Assembly: GCA_964413875.1 (NCBI GenBank)
Contig: CAYPUA010000012.1
Location: 8,068-72,067 of the forward strand
DNA: 64,000 bases
Source of the DNA: an uncultured Bdellovibrionales bacterium
Lineage (GTDB): Bacteria > Bdellovibrionota_C > UBA2361 > OMII01
Reading direction: 5' to 3'
Every line of letters begins with the position of its first letter. Position 1 is the stretch's first letter. This document shows, one piece after another, positions 17,088 to 27,371 of this stretch. The position numbers and the translations under genes were made by a program. The notes under the pieces were generated by a model. It saw nothing but the letters and a program-made list of their open reading frames with translations. It was not told where the DNA came from and ran no database searches.

Positions 17088-18371
17088 CTACGGCGCCACT
17101 GTCAGAGGAGTCGGCGAGACTTCTACAGCTAAGGTGCCAGTCGCCGCCGATGGCCCAGCATCGCCCAGGCGAGTCATCGGCGTGCCTTTGTACCAAAGCC
17201 AGAGGTCGGCCTGAGTCTTAAGAGTCTCGGCGCTGCGGTTGGTGACGAACTCCAGATTGAGAGAGAGTTCTGTTGTTGGGCCTACGACATGTTGAGCACG
17301 CCCCTCTGGCTGAGCTTCTTCTTTGATGATCGGTGGCTGCCGCGAAAACTGAGTCCCGTCTCGCGTAGCTACCGAGAACATCACAGGGAGGAATCCACGT
17401 AATGCGTAGTGAGGGTCGGAGACTTGGACGGAGACCACTATGGTATTGTCGCCATACTCTACTCGCTGTACCGAAACAGTAGCCGCGGGTGGTTCGTTAA
17501 AATCGCGAAGAGAGTTGCTGATAAAGAGTAGCAAAGCCAGGACAATCGCCTGGATTCCTGTTCGAGCCGTAAACAGATCAGCGAGCTTTCCGCGGCCTTG
17601 GACTTTCAGCGTCTCCAGTCGCTCCGTGCGGTAAGGATCGAGGCCCGCCGCACGCCAATCTGCGTCGTCCAGCATCGTCAATGAAAAGGCGAGCGCGGAA
17701 TAGGTGCTGAGCAACCAGAAGGTTGATTGGCAGAAGGCGCTCAGCGACGACCAAAGTACCGATCTTCCATCTGGGTACGGCACTGAGCACAGGTTGATGA
17801 GTAGCAGTGTAACGCCAAGGGGCGCCAGAGCCGACCGTAGAGCAGCCCGAGGAGTTGCTTTTGTTAACTCTAAAGACTTACTTACCGAGTCTCGCAAGTC
17901 GAGTCCGAGTAGTGCGGTCGGCACAAAGTAAAAGTAGTGTCGAAGGCTCCATACGAGTCCGAAAACAAAAAGAAAAGCCGCAAGCAGGATGAGAGATGAC
18001 TGCGGTTGAAGGGTTGAAGCAATAAGCGGTGCCACGCACAACAACCAAAGCACGGTTCCAAAAACGAGGGTCCTCAGGAACGCCCTAGCTGCTTTTCCAC
18101 CTCGGTTCCCAGGCTGTCCAAGTCGGTGCCTCCAGCGTCGCGTTACCGTGAAGAGCACCGCTAGCTGCAAGAGGCGTTCTAAGACTACTGCTGAGACAAA
18201 AAACCATTCTGGCAGATCGAACACAAACACCTGCGCTGCACTGGGTAGCCCAAGAGCAAGCAGGACCCACGGCAAAAGAAACCGATCGCCACGGAGCAAG
18301 GCGGCGGCAATCGCGAAGGCATCGTCACTAGGCTGCTTGGCAACTCTCTCATGTGCTGCATCGCTTGTCAT
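17088..18371 (-). CDS. Hypothetical multi-TM membrane protein.
   Basis: 427 aa with many hydrophobic helices and no recognisable catalytic motif. Confidence 0.5.
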   Translation of the reverse strand: MTSDAAHERVAKQPSDDAFAIAAALLRGDRFLLPWVLLALGLPSAAQVFVFDLPEWFFVSAVVLERLLQLAVLFTVTRRWRHRLGQPGNRGGKAARAFLRTLVFGTVLWLLCVAPLIASTLQPQSSLILLAAFLFVFGLVWSLRHYFYFVPTALLGLDLRDSVSKSLELTKATPRAALRSALAPLGVTLLLINLCSVPYPDGRSVLWSSLSAFCQSTFWLLSTYSALAFSLTMLDDADWRAAGLDPYRTERLETLKVQGRGKLADLFTARTGIQAIVLALLLFISNSLRDFNEPPAATVSVQRVEYGDNTIVVSVQVSDPHYALRGFLPVMFSVATRDGTQFSRQPPIIKEEAQPEGRAQHVVGPTTELSLNLEFVTNRSAETLKTQADLWLWYKGTPMTRLGDAGPSAATGTLAVEVSPTPLTVAP

Positions 18372-18482
18372 AACGGGAGATAAAACCCCTGCCGCCCCCG
18401 GAAAGCAAGTGGTCTTGCTTTAAAGGCGCTTTGGGGAGAAACACAAGAGCTCTCTAGAGCGGCTCTACTGAGCGGATTACGT

Positions 18483-18962
18483 CTAGTTGGGGACGGGTAA
18501 GCGCCACGCCGCCGGTCGCTCCACCCCGACTTCAACAAAGAGCGTATCTACCGGCCCCCCTATTGTGCCCGGGGCGAGCACAAGCTTGTAGAATGGCAAC
18601 GGGTACTGAGTTGGACCGTGTGCAACGCTTCCATCCGGGTTGTATTCACTTTCCGAGTATTGAGATCTCCACAGGAGCTTCCCGTCTTTCTCCGAAAATA
18701 TGAGCGGCGACAGGTCGTACGTACACATCGTGCTCATGGCATATAAACCGCCGACGTCACGTCGCAAAAGGACCTTGAGATCTGAGAAAAAGGTTTCGTC
18801 CCGTTGCGCAAGTTGAGCAACCGGTCCCAGATTTAGAAACCCGGCTGGGCGCTTCTTCGGTCCCCAAAAACAGGAGCATAGGCCGAGCCCGAATAGAAGC
18901 ATGAACACACTGGCGAGACGAAAGACCCTTCGCCGGGTGCCTGTTGCTACTACTGGAGCCAA
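18483..18962 (-). CDS. Hypothetical lipoprotein.
   Basis: Signal peptide with a Cys-containing hydrophobic segment 'LASVFMLLFGLGLCSC'. Confidence 0.5.
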   Translation of the reverse strand: MAPVVATGTRRRVFRLASVFMLLFGLGLCSCFWGPKKRPAGFLNLGPVAQLAQRDETFFSDLKVLLRRDVGGLYAMSTMCTYDLSPLIFSEKDGKLLWRSQYSESEYNPDGSVAHGPTQYPLPFYKLVLAPGTIGGPVDTLFVEVGVERPAAWRLPVPN

Positions 18963-19240
18963 GGTAGCTCGCTCTCAAGGTTCTTGAGCACGTCTCGAAG
19001 ACCGAGACCCTCAGGGGCTATCACAATGCCACCGTCCGCCTGTCGAGCTATCTTTCCGAACAGACGCTCCTGCTCCTGCTCAGAGTGCTTCGTCTTGAAT
19101 CTCTTTACCGAGTCTGCCCCGATAAGCTCAAGGTCTTCCTCAAGCATGTCTTTCTCCTGGGCCAGGATGACGAGCCTATGGCCGTTAATGCACACAGACG
19201 CTGGTTTTTTGCCGCTGTAGGGGACGAAGAAGTTATCCAT
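18950..19240 (-). CDS. Hypothetical small protein (96 aa).
   Basis: Good Shine-Dalgarno (AAGGGAAG, 4 nt before the ATG). It overlaps the downstream lipoprotein start by 13 nt, which suggests translational coupling. Confidence 0.4.
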   Translation of the reverse strand: MDNFFVPYSGKKPASVCINGHRLVILAQEKDMLEEDLELIGADSVKRFKTKHSEQEQERLFGKIARQADGGIVIAPEGLGLRDVLKNLESELPWLQ

Positions 19241-19376
19241 ATCTTCCCTTTCAACCTAACCACCAGCCTCCGGAATTTCAACTGCTTCCGCGCCGCTACC
19301 AGTTGACCGCGTGATCTTTTCTGCATGGGGCAGAGTGACCCGCGGCTTTTATGCAACTTGAGCGTGCAAACAGGCT

Positions 19377-20312
19377 CTACTTGGACCTGTATACACGACC
19401 GGGAAGCGGGGTGCCAATAATGATTTCTGCAAGCTTCGCCGCCTCACAGATGAGACGCAGATCGACGTTGGTTTGAATTCCCATCTGCTCACAGAGGTAC
19501 ACAACATCTTCTGTCGCCACATTTCCAGCGGCACCCGGTGTGAAGGGGCACCCTCCCAAGCCACCGACCGAGGTCTCAAAGATAGAAACTCCTTCAAGAA
19601 GCCCTGCGTAGACGTTCGCCAGCCCTAACCCAACTGTATCGTGTAGGTGAAGCGACACCGTGAAACCAAGCGGCCGGAGAGCTACAAGACGCTCCCTAAC
19701 GGTCTTTGGGGTGGCCATTCCCACCGTATCAGCGAGACACACCTCGACGAGGCGCTCTCCGGCGGCCTCACAAGCAGCCGCGAATCGCTCGACCAAGCTA
19801 ACCACAGCCGAAGACGACACCGACCCTTCGTACGAGCAGCCAAATGCATTAGAAAGCATTAACCCATGCAGGCGCTTGCCGTGGCGCCGAAACAGACCGC
19901 ACCACTCTGCAACACTCGCTACACTCTCGTCGATCGACACATTGTTGTTTGCTTTGAGGAAGGTGGCGCTCGGCGAGCTGTACAGCCACCCTTTGTTCGA
20001 TAGCTTGCCGGTCTTTTCGGCGCGCTCAAAGCCGAGCGGATTCAGGTACAACGCAGAGTAATCTGTGCCCTTGTGTGCAGGTAATTGCGCAACGAGAGCC
20101 TCAGCGTCCGCCATCTGGGGCACACGGTCCGGCCTGACAAATGAGGTAACCTCGATCTCAGTTAGCGAGGCCTTGCACAGAGCATCGATCAGGCGAAGCT
20201 TCTGTTCGACAGGGTACACAGTTGGGAGGATCTGAAAACCCTCGCGAGGACCTACCTCACGGATGAGCACTTGTTTCGGGAGCGATTCACTTTGCATGCC
20301 TGAGGAGGTCAA
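19377..20312 (-). CDS. Hydroxymethylglutaryl-CoA lyase (HMGL-like, DRE-TIM fold).
   Basis: 'IREVGPREGFQ', 'HLHDTVGLGLANVYAGLLEG', 'ETSVGGLGGCP'. Confidence 0.85.
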   Translation of the reverse strand: MTSSGMQSESLPKQVLIREVGPREGFQILPTVYPVEQKLRLIDALCKASLTEIEVTSFVRPDRVPQMADAEALVAQLPAHKGTDYSALYLNPLGFERAEKTGKLSNKGWLYSSPSATFLKANNNVSIDESVASVAEWCGLFRRHGKRLHGLMLSNAFGCSYEGSVSSSAVVSLVERFAAACEAAGERLVEVCLADTVGMATPKTVRERLVALRPLGFTVSLHLHDTVGLGLANVYAGLLEGVSIFETSVGGLGGCPFTPGAAGNVATEDVVYLCEQMGIQTNVDLRLICEAAKLAEIIIGTPLPGRVYRSK

Positions 20313-20378
20313 TAGATACCAGGCTTCAGTCTACCGCACCCCAGCAGCCGGCGTCACACGAAAAAATATGCCGAGAGC

Positions 20379-20774
20379 CTACTCAGAAACGTAGTCCCGG
20401 ATGAAGCTTCGACACGCGAACCCGCCGACGTCCTTCTGGCATTCTCTCTTCTGCTCAAAGCAGTAGCGCTCCTCACCCTCTTCCGCCATGCCCAACCCTC
20501 GCGGGTTTCTGCGTGACGCAGCTCGAGTGCTATCGGCGGAGCTAAGGCATCGCATGACTGCCTTCTGGATCTGTTTCTGTGTTGGGGGCTCCGGCACTGG
20601 GGTTGGCGTGTCAAGAAAAGAGGGGGCGGGTTCATCTTCAGCGACTGACTCAACAACTCCGTTACCACCCAAGACCATCAGCGCAAAAAACGAGGAGAGG
20701 AATACTAGCTTGGTGAGGGCGCGACGTACTATCTGGCACGGCGCTGAGACTACTACACTCCGGTATTGGGTCAT
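20379..20774 (-). CDS. Hypothetical small secreted Cys-containing protein.
   Basis: N-terminal hydrophobic signal-like segment. A competing overlapping ORF (20354..20668) is in another frame; I chose this one because of the signal peptide. Confidence 0.35.
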   Translation of the reverse strand: MTQYRSVVVSAPCQIVRRALTKLVFLSSFFALMVLGGNGVVESVAEDEPAPSFLDTPTPVPEPPTQKQIQKAVMRCLSSADSTRAASRRNPRGLGMAEEGEERYCFEQKRECQKDVGGFACRSFIRDYVSE

Positions 20775-21003
20775 GGGACACCGTTAAGAGATTTGAATAC
20801 CTTGGCTTCGAGCGCGTAACAAAAAACCTCCTCTGCCGCTGCCAGCTCGTCCGGCGGCGTCTTCGGCCCAAAATGTGCTCAACGTGCCACAGTGGTCAAG
20901 TCTCTGCGCCTTTTGTGCCAGCATCGCGCCCCGTGACTTTTAGCTTGGTCTCGCGGCGAGGATATGTCGGATACGCACTCTTAGTATCTCACGGCTTCGG
21001 GCT

Positions 21004-22284
21004 CTAGTCACACTCACCTTCTGGGGGTGTCTTGCAAGTCGCGACCCACCAGAGCAATCCCGATAGAATCATGGCAATTGTGGTGACCTGTAGTGCCAGG
21101 GCGAGGGCTGCCGCCTCTGAGGCAACAGACGGCAACGCTAAAAGCCGGTCGGTGGCCCAACCAACGACGTACATGCCGGCGGCTGCTCCGAAGAGGTTTA
21201 TGAGGAAAATAGAAACGCCCTGGGTCAGGGTCTCTAGACCCCGCGGGGAGCGCTGCACGAGAACTGAGTTGAGCGGCGCCACCCCTGCAAAGAGCGCTAT
21301 CTCGGCGACAAAGCACGCCGCAAAAAACCATTCGGGCGACTTGGCCAAAAAAGCGACTGCAAGGCACGGCGCGCCGAGCAGCGTCGTGATGCTGATGAAA
21401 GCCAGCATCGCTTTGATGCGGTTCGGCTTCGCCGCAGAAAGCTTGGAAGCCAGAAATCCCCCTCCGAGCGTCCCGAGGAATCCGGTCACGACGAGGATCC
21501 CCCCAAACGTAGCTGCGACATCATCAGCTTCCATTCCGAGCCCCTCGCCATGTCGCACGACGAACATCGCTATGCCGTTGAGCGCGAAGGTGTTGAACAC
21601 GTAGCCCGCTATGGTGAAGCTCAAGTCCGAGCGAGCGAAGATCTGCTTAACCCCCTGATAAAATCCGTTGAGCCCACTGCCGAGCTGCGTTGCCAATCCA
21701 CTACTAGTAACTGCGCCGGCACTTTTCTTGACGCCGGCCTCCGGCCTAATGCTTACGAAGCACAGCGAGAGCAGGATGCCAGGAACTGCCGCCGCAAAGA
21801 ACACGCTGCGCCATCCCCATACCTCCGCCAAGTTGCCTCCTACAACGTAGCCAAGCGCGGACCCGACTGGTATCGCCACGTAAAAGATCGAGAGCGCGTT
21901 GTTGAGCTGGATCGGATTTGAGATGCGCCCTTTGAGGTAGCCTGGAACGATCGACCCGAAGCTTGCTTCCCCTACCCCCACCATAATTCTTGCCAGAACG
22001 AAGACCAGAAAGGTGGGCGCGAGGCCAGTCAGTGCTGTGCAGACGCTCCAGACAAAGAGGCCGATTCCCATCAGCCAACGCCGATCGCGCGAGGCCCCTA
22101 GGTAGCCAAAGATCGGAGAGAAGATGAAGTAGCCGAGGACGAAGGCTGCACCCAACGTTCCCGATTCCTCGTTGGTAAGCGCGAACTCTTGCTTGAGCAG
22201 CGGCTCGACCGACTGGACGATGTAGCGATCAAAGAAGTTGAGCGTGTTGACGATGGCCAGAAATATGAGGACGCCCCACGGCAT
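21004..22284 (-). CDS. MFS transporter.
   Basis: 12-TM pattern and an MFS motif 'GYLGASRDRRW'. Start trimmed to the Met of 'MPWGVLIFLAIVNTLNFFDRY' (ATG at 22282-22284), because the longer ORF overlaps the upstream gene by 158 nt and has an Arg-rich non-protein-like prefix. Confidence 0.8.
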   Translation of the reverse strand: MPWGVLIFLAIVNTLNFFDRYIVQSVEPLLKQEFALTNEESGTLGAAFVLGYFIFSPIFGYLGASRDRRWLMGIGLFVWSVCTALTGLAPTFLVFVLARIMVGVGEASFGSIVPGYLKGRISNPIQLNNALSIFYVAIPVGSALGYVVGGNLAEVWGWRSVFFAAAVPGILLSLCFVSIRPEAGVKKSAGAVTSSGLATQLGSGLNGFYQGVKQIFARSDLSFTIAGYVFNTFALNGIAMFVVRHGEGLGMEADDVAATFGGILVVTGFLGTLGGGFLASKLSAAKPNRIKAMLAFISITTLLGAPCLAVAFLAKSPEWFFAACFVAEIALFAGVAPLNSVLVQRSPRGLETLTQGVSIFLINLFGAAAGMYVVGWATDRLLALPSVASEAAALALALQVTTIAMILSGLLWWVATCKTPPEGECD

Positions 22285-22291
22285 GGCGGAA

Positions 22292-23134
22292 CTACGAGAG
22301 CCGCTCGGAGGCGCCAAGGAGCAGCTTCTGCTGCGCGGGCATTCGGGTCTGGAGCAAGCCGATAAGGGCCTTCGCCTGTGCCTTCTCTTCTGGGGTCGTT
22401 GCCAACGCCGCGTACGCATCAGCCGCACGAGCAGCCGCGAAGTCCCCACGCTCCGCCAAGCCCTTGAGCGCTTGCTTCGCTGCCTCGAGGTGCTGGTCGG
22501 AATCCGAGAGCGCTTTCGCGAGACCCAGCACAGCTAACTCCGCGGCGGCGCGCTCGGGCGAGCCCTGCTTTCCAACTGTCTCCCAGCCTTGCGCAGCAAG
22601 CGCCGACTGCACAGCTCCGAAGTCTGAGCGGCTCGCTGCCACAAGCCCACGGTAGAGAGCCGAGAAGGGCGTGAAAGAGGTGCCAGTCTCAAGCTCAGTC
22701 GCCTTCGCCAGCAGCCGGTCTTCTTTCAGCTTGAGCGTTTCTGTTGCCTTCTTGATCCGCTCTGAAGCCTCGGCACGCGCCTTGTCGTCCTTCGCCGCGC
22801 GCTCGTCAGCCTGGGCGGTCACGAGCACATCACGCTCTTCTGCTATCTCTTGGTAAGCCTGCTGTATCTCGCGCAGGGCTCGTGTGGCATCAGCTTGCTT
22901 CTGCAGCGTTGTCGCCGTCACCTGGCTGTAGCCAACGATCCCGAGCCCAACGGCGATAAGCACAGCGAACAGGAGCCGCCAGTTGGCCGAAATGAACCGA
23001 ATGAACGGGTCGTTCTTGCCAGCCTCAACAATAGCTGGGTCCTCGAAGATGTTACGGCGCGACCGGCTTGAGAGATCGCTCGCTTCCTGGTTGCGGTTCG
23101 GAAGGGTTGGTTTCGGTGCGGAGGACACAGGCAA
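22292..23134 (-). CDS. Membrane-anchored coiled-coil/helical-repeat protein (YfgM/TPR-like). Function unknown.
   Basis: Single N-terminal TM helix 'LLFAVLIAVGLGIVGY', followed by Ala/Glu/Lys-rich helical repeats. Confidence 0.45.
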   Translation of the reverse strand: MPVSSAPKPTLPNRNQEASDLSSRSRRNIFEDPAIVEAGKNDPFIRFISANWRLLFAVLIAVGLGIVGYSQVTATTLQKQADATRALREIQQAYQEIAEERDVLVTAQADERAAKDDKARAEASERIKKATETLKLKEDRLLAKATELETGTSFTPFSALYRGLVAASRSDFGAVQSALAAQGWETVGKQGSPERAAAELAVLGLAKALSDSDQHLEAAKQALKGLAERGDFAAARAADAYAALATTPEEKAQAKALIGLLQTRMPAQQKLLLGASERLS

Positions 23135-23214
23135 CTCGCTAAAAAAGAGACGTAGCAGCCCGTTTCGTAGCAGAGCGCGGGGGGCTTGTACAGGGAAGAC
23201 CGGTGTAGGGGCGC

Positions 23215-23805
23215 CTACATCTTGTACTTAAAGTCATCGGGGTCGAGCTGGCTCAGAATCTCGGTCCATTTATCCTTGTCGATCGCCCTAAAATCCTTCG
23301 AGGAATCGTCCTGCTGCTCCTCCGGCTGCTCTTCTTCAGCTTGCCCCTCTTGGGGCTGCTGCTGCCCGCCTTGCTGCTGGCTTCCCTGCTTGGCGAAGGC
23401 TTGCCGGGCCTGGTCGAGAACGGACTGAGCCACAAAGATCGGGGCGGTCGCACGGAGCGCCATAGCGATGGCGTCGCTCGGGCGAGCGTCTAGCACGAAC
23501 ACCCTGTCTCCCTGGCCAAGAACAAGCTCCGCGAAGTAGGTTGAATCTTTCAGCTCAGTGATCACGATACGCTGAACTGTGATGCCGAGCTCGAGCAACA
23601 GCTCGTAGAACAGATCGTGCGTGAGCGGCCTTGCCATTGCCACTTGCTTGATGGCACTTGCAATCGAGGTGGCCTCAGCAATCCCAATCCAGATCGGGAG
23701 AGTCACCTCGCCAGTCTCATCCTTGAGCACCACAATCGGAGCCTGGGTGGCCGGGTCGAGCACGAGCCCACCGACAAACATCTCAACCGCAGCTTCATTT
23801 CCCAT
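23215..23805 (-). CDS. Bifunctional nuclease (BFN/DUF151) family protein with a Q/E-rich C-terminal tail.
   Basis: 'PIVVLKDETGEVTLPIWIGIAEATSIA', 'RPLTHDL', 'DARPSDAIAMALR...PIFVAQSV'. Confidence 0.8.
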   Translation of the reverse strand: MGNEAAVEMFVGGLVLDPATQAPIVVLKDETGEVTLPIWIGIAEATSIASAIKQVAMARPLTHDLFYELLLELGITVQRIVITELKDSTYFAELVLGQGDRVFVLDARPSDAIAMALRATAPIFVAQSVLDQARQAFAKQGSQQQGGQQQPQEGQAEEEQPEEQQDDSSKDFRAIDKDKWTEILSQLDPDDFKYKM

Positions 23806-24033
23806 CGTGCAAACGCCCCAAGAACCGCGGCACAGCAGCGCAGCGATTCTGAAAGAACAGCCATTAGGGGGAGTTACTAAGCAAACCCCTGACCCCTATG
23901 GTACCACGCGCGATCTTGGGGCGTCTACGCAAAGAAACGGCGGCAGCACGCATCCATAAGCTGGGCCGTAGAGCCTGCTTCATGCTGATTGGACAAGGAT
24001 ATTTTCTGAGTGAAGCAGCCTGCTGGTTCTCTG

Positions 24034-25413
24034 CTAGGCAGGCTCAGCAACCAGCCAAACTCGCCCGCGCCCGCTGATGCGCGCCTTGACGATTGAGCCG
24101 ATTGCCACGCCCTCGTGCGGCTGAACGAAGTTCGCGACGAAGTTCTGGGAGATGCGGCCCTGAAAGCATCCTTCAGCAACACGGTTGTGGTTGTCGACCA
24201 GCACCTCTGCTTCACGCCCGACCCATGAGGCGAGCTTGGCGTCCATGAGCCGATCCTGGAGCGCCTGCAGCTCCTGAAGGCGCGCAATTTTCTCCTCCTG
24301 TGTGAGCGACTCCTCCATTGCGGCAGCCGGAGTGCCTGGTCTCGGAGAGAAGGCGAACGAGTAGCTGTTATCAAACTGAACCAGCTCCATCACCTCAAGC
24401 GTCTGCTTAAAGTCTTCCTCGGTCTCGCCAGGAAAGCCGACGATGAGGTCTGTTGTTATCGCCATGTCCGGCACTCGGCTCTTCAGGGCCTCTATGATTG
24501 CGAGGTACTTCGCACGCCGGTAATTGCGGTTCATGAGCCGCAAGATTCGGTCACTGCCTGACTGGAGCGGCATGTGGATGTGGCGGCACACCTTCGGGTT
24601 AGAGACCACGAAATCAATGAAGTCCTGGCGAATCTCCTGGGGGTGTGGCGAGGTAAAGCGGATTCGCTCGACACCCGGGATGGCGGCCACTCTGTCGAGG
24701 AGCTTCACGAAGCTCATGCGCGGCGAGAGGTCGAGCCCGTAGGAGTTGACTGTCTGGCCGAGGAGCACGATTTCTTTGCTGCCGCGATGCACCGCGATCC
24801 TTGCTTCGCGCTCGATCTCATCGGGGGCGCGACTCACTTCCGGGCCACGAGTTGTCGGAACGATACAGTACGTGCAGGCTTTGTTGCACCCGCGGCTAAT
24901 CGAGATGAACGCAGTCACGTGGCCGGCCTGTCCGTGACGGGTTGGATCGTTCTCAGCGAATCCAAGCGGAAGCTCCTCCCACTCTTCGCGGTAATCGACC
25001 GCTGCCTGTGGAGGGGCGCCCTTCTTTCGAAGCTGAATGAGAGATGGCACGAGCGAGAGGTTGTGTGTACCGAAGACGAAGTCGACACCACGCCCCTTCT
25101 TGAGGATCTTCTCCCCTTCCTGTTGGGCGACGCAGCCACACACGCCGATCATCATGCCAGGACGCTCCGCTCGAATCGCCTTTAGCTCGCCAAGCATGCT
25201 GTAGAGCTTCTGTTCAGGCTTCTCGCGCACGCTGCACGTGTTGACGAGCACGAGGTCCGCTTTCTCGGGCGCATCGACCGGCTGGTAATCTTTCTCGAGG
25301 ATCTTGTAGAGCTTCTGCGAGTCGTACTCGTTCATTTGGCAGCCGAACGTGCGGATGTACACGCCCTGCTTCTGGGGCTTCTCCTGCTCGCTCTCTGTCT
25401 TGTCTGAATGCAT
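24034..25413 (-). CDS. miaB: tRNA-2-methylthio-N6-dimethylallyladenosine synthase MiaB (radical SAM methylthiotransferase).
   Basis: 'YIRTFGCQMNEYDS', radical-SAM 'CNKACTYC', C-terminal TRAM domain. Confidence 0.9.
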   Translation of the reverse strand: MHSDKTESEQEKPQKQGVYIRTFGCQMNEYDSQKLYKILEKDYQPVDAPEKADLVLVNTCSVREKPEQKLYSMLGELKAIRAERPGMMIGVCGCVAQQEGEKILKKGRGVDFVFGTHNLSLVPSLIQLRKKGAPPQAAVDYREEWEELPLGFAENDPTRHGQAGHVTAFISISRGCNKACTYCIVPTTRGPEVSRAPDEIEREARIAVHRGSKEIVLLGQTVNSYGLDLSPRMSFVKLLDRVAAIPGVERIRFTSPHPQEIRQDFIDFVVSNPKVCRHIHMPLQSGSDRILRLMNRNYRRAKYLAIIEALKSRVPDMAITTDLIVGFPGETEEDFKQTLEVMELVQFDNSYSFAFSPRPGTPAAAMEESLTQEEKIARLQELQALQDRLMDAKLASWVGREAEVLVDNHNRVAEGCFQGRISQNFVANFVQPHEGVAIGSIVKARISGRGRVWLVAEPA

Positions 25414-25460
25414 GGCAACTCGTTGAACAGCAGGGGGGTCGAGAAGCCTGGGCGCTGTGG

Positions 25461-26288
25461 CTAGAAGTCCGAATCCACCGACACGATACGCACTACCGGT
25501 TGCGGCGCCGTTTGGTCGGATGATGAGACGTGCTTCTCAAGAGAGAGCCGGAACGGCTTGCTTGCTCCTGGCTTCAGCCCAAGGTTTCTGACCTCGACTT
25601 TGCGCTCATTCTCAAGAATTTGATCCTTCAAAGCAAGCTGATCGGGGGTCGTGAAACCCGCGACAATCACCACATTTCGGACAGTTGCCCCGCCAGAGTT
25701 GAATAATTCGCCAGTTATCGTGAATTTAAGCTCGCACTCGTTCGGGTTGGCGCACGACTCTCCTGGAACTCGGTGCACTTCCAGCTTGCGCAGGGCTAGG
25801 TACTGAGTGGGAGCCTCTTTCCCTGCTTCTGGCTCTTCCTTCGTTGGCTCCTCTTTGAGGAAGGGGCCTGCATCACGCCCCCAGAGCACTTCGAGCTGGT
25901 AGTTGGTGAGGCCTGCGGATGGAATAGTCAGCGAGAAGTTTTCTGGCTTGCCCGCGGCCATCATGCCAGCTTGCGGCGCGAGGTCGCTCATCCGGTGAAA
26001 AGAGATACGCTGCTGCCCGCTCTCGTCGAGAGCTGCAAGCCGCACGACTACCTCATTGCTTGGCCACTCGTCTTTCGGGGTCAGTCGGCCCTTGATGACG
26101 ATGTCTGCGCCATCGTGAAGCTCTTCGAGCACCTCAAGCTTAAACGGCGTCGCTGACGGGTCGATTCCAGACGCAGAGTCAATCGGTCGGCGCTTCGACG
26201 AGTTCGAGTTGAAGCAGCCGGCAGCGCTCACCAGAAGGAGGGCGCTCACCGCAAAGAAGATCGTCGCGCGTCGCACTTCAGCCAACAT
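25461..26288 (-). CDS. Hypothetical lipoprotein.
   Basis: Lipobox 'LLVSAAGC'. Confidence 0.55.
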   Translation of the reverse strand: MLAEVRRATIFFAVSALLLVSAAGCFNSNSSKRRPIDSASGIDPSATPFKLEVLEELHDGADIVIKGRLTPKDEWPSNEVVVRLAALDESGQQRISFHRMSDLAPQAGMMAAGKPENFSLTIPSAGLTNYQLEVLWGRDAGPFLKEEPTKEEPEAGKEAPTQYLALRKLEVHRVPGESCANPNECELKFTITGELFNSGGATVRNVVIVAGFTTPDQLALKDQILENERKVEVRNLGLKPGASKPFRLSLEKHVSSSDQTAPQPVVRIVSVDSDF

Positions 26289-26748
26289 CGCTCCCTTCCT
26301 CTTCGTCCAGCTCAGCCATGTCTCGCAGCTTCCAGCCGTCCGACATGGTGAACTCCCAGTGCTGCTCCTCGATGCGCATTTTGACTACGTAGAACGGCAC
26401 CTTGTAGTAGCGCACTTTCAAAGTCACGGTCGCCTTGCGTGCAGCCTCGGAGTACTGCACATCGTCGAGCTTCGACTCTACGACACGCTCCTCTTCATTT
26501 CTGTCGCGAATCAGCTTGCTGATGCTAGAACGGCTCTCCGGCATCACCACAGTCATTGCAAGCTTCTTGTTTCCGAGCACCATCGCATCGGCAAACTTTC
26601 TCGCTTCGGGCTCCAGCAGCGCCATACGATCACCCTCAGTGGCGCCGGTCTCTTTAAAGGCCTGCACAAAAGGGATGATGAAACAGCCAGACAGAAGCGC
26701 CGTTACGGCTAGGCTGAAAATGAAACGGGAGAACTTCATGCTTCGCAT
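26278..26748 (-). CDS. Hypothetical lipoprotein.
   Basis: Lipobox 'ALLSGC'. Confidence 0.55.
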   Translation of the reverse strand: MRSMKFSRFIFSLAVTALLSGCFIIPFVQAFKETGATEGDRMALLEPEARKFADAMVLGNKKLAMTVVMPESRSSISKLIRDRNEEERVVESKLDDVQYSEAARKATVTLKVRYYKVPFYVVKMRIEEQHWEFTMSDGWKLRDMAELDEEEGSDVG

Positions 26749-26751
26749 ACT

Positions 26752-27159
26752 TTACTCGATAGGCTCGTGCTCAGCCACTTCCGAGGGAACGTGAGACTCC
26801 TCGTCCGGCAGCTGCCCGGCGGGCTGATCCTCTGGCCGCTGCTGCTGGCCAGACGGTGCGGGCTGCTCCGGCTCGCTGCCGACCAGGCCCCCGAGGAACT
26901 TCTTAATTTTACTCTTGTCATGCTCCGAGAGAGAGCTGCCCACTTTACGGGGCGGAATGCTCTGGGCCGGCACGACGCCCTCAGCATGAGGGGCCAGGTT
27001 TTCTCCCCGTAGCTGATCTATGAGCCTCTTTGCCGCCTCACTCTCCTCAGATGTGTGCTTCACCAGCCTACGCTGCAGATCAACACCTGCGACGAAGACG
27101 CTCGCACTGCCGAAGAAACACACCAATGCGAGGAAGCCGACTTTTTGCAAGCCATTCAT
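26752..27159 (-). CDS. Hypothetical membrane-anchored/secreted protein with a low-complexity C-terminus.
   Basis: N-terminal hydrophobic segment 'VGFLALVCFFGSASVFVAG'. Confidence 0.45.
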   Translation of the reverse strand: MNGLQKVGFLALVCFFGSASVFVAGVDLQRRLVKHTSEESEAAKRLIDQLRGENLAPHAEGVVPAQSIPPRKVGSSLSEHDKSKIKKFLGGLVGSEPEQPAPSGQQQRPEDQPAGQLPDEESHVPSEVAEHEPIE

Positions 27160-27371
27160 GGCGGAAAGGTTACCCCGGAACCTGGTTGCGGGGTACCCTT
27201 TTTTCGACAGCTGGGGATGAAATTGAGGCGTGTCCGCCGAGGAACGAGGGGGTGTTGCTTACCCGAGCTTCGGGCGTCGGGAGTAGCACCTGGATTCACT
27301 CGACGGGCTCTGACAACCGGCCGGAGCGGGCGTTTAATCAGCTTTTCTAGCACCCTCCACAACGTCCCCTT

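Noticed and set aside
22285-22449. Arg-rich 55-aa N-terminal extension of the MFS ORF.
   Set aside because: It overlaps the upstream gene by 158 nt and is non-protein-like. The internal Met at 22284 directly precedes the first TM helix.
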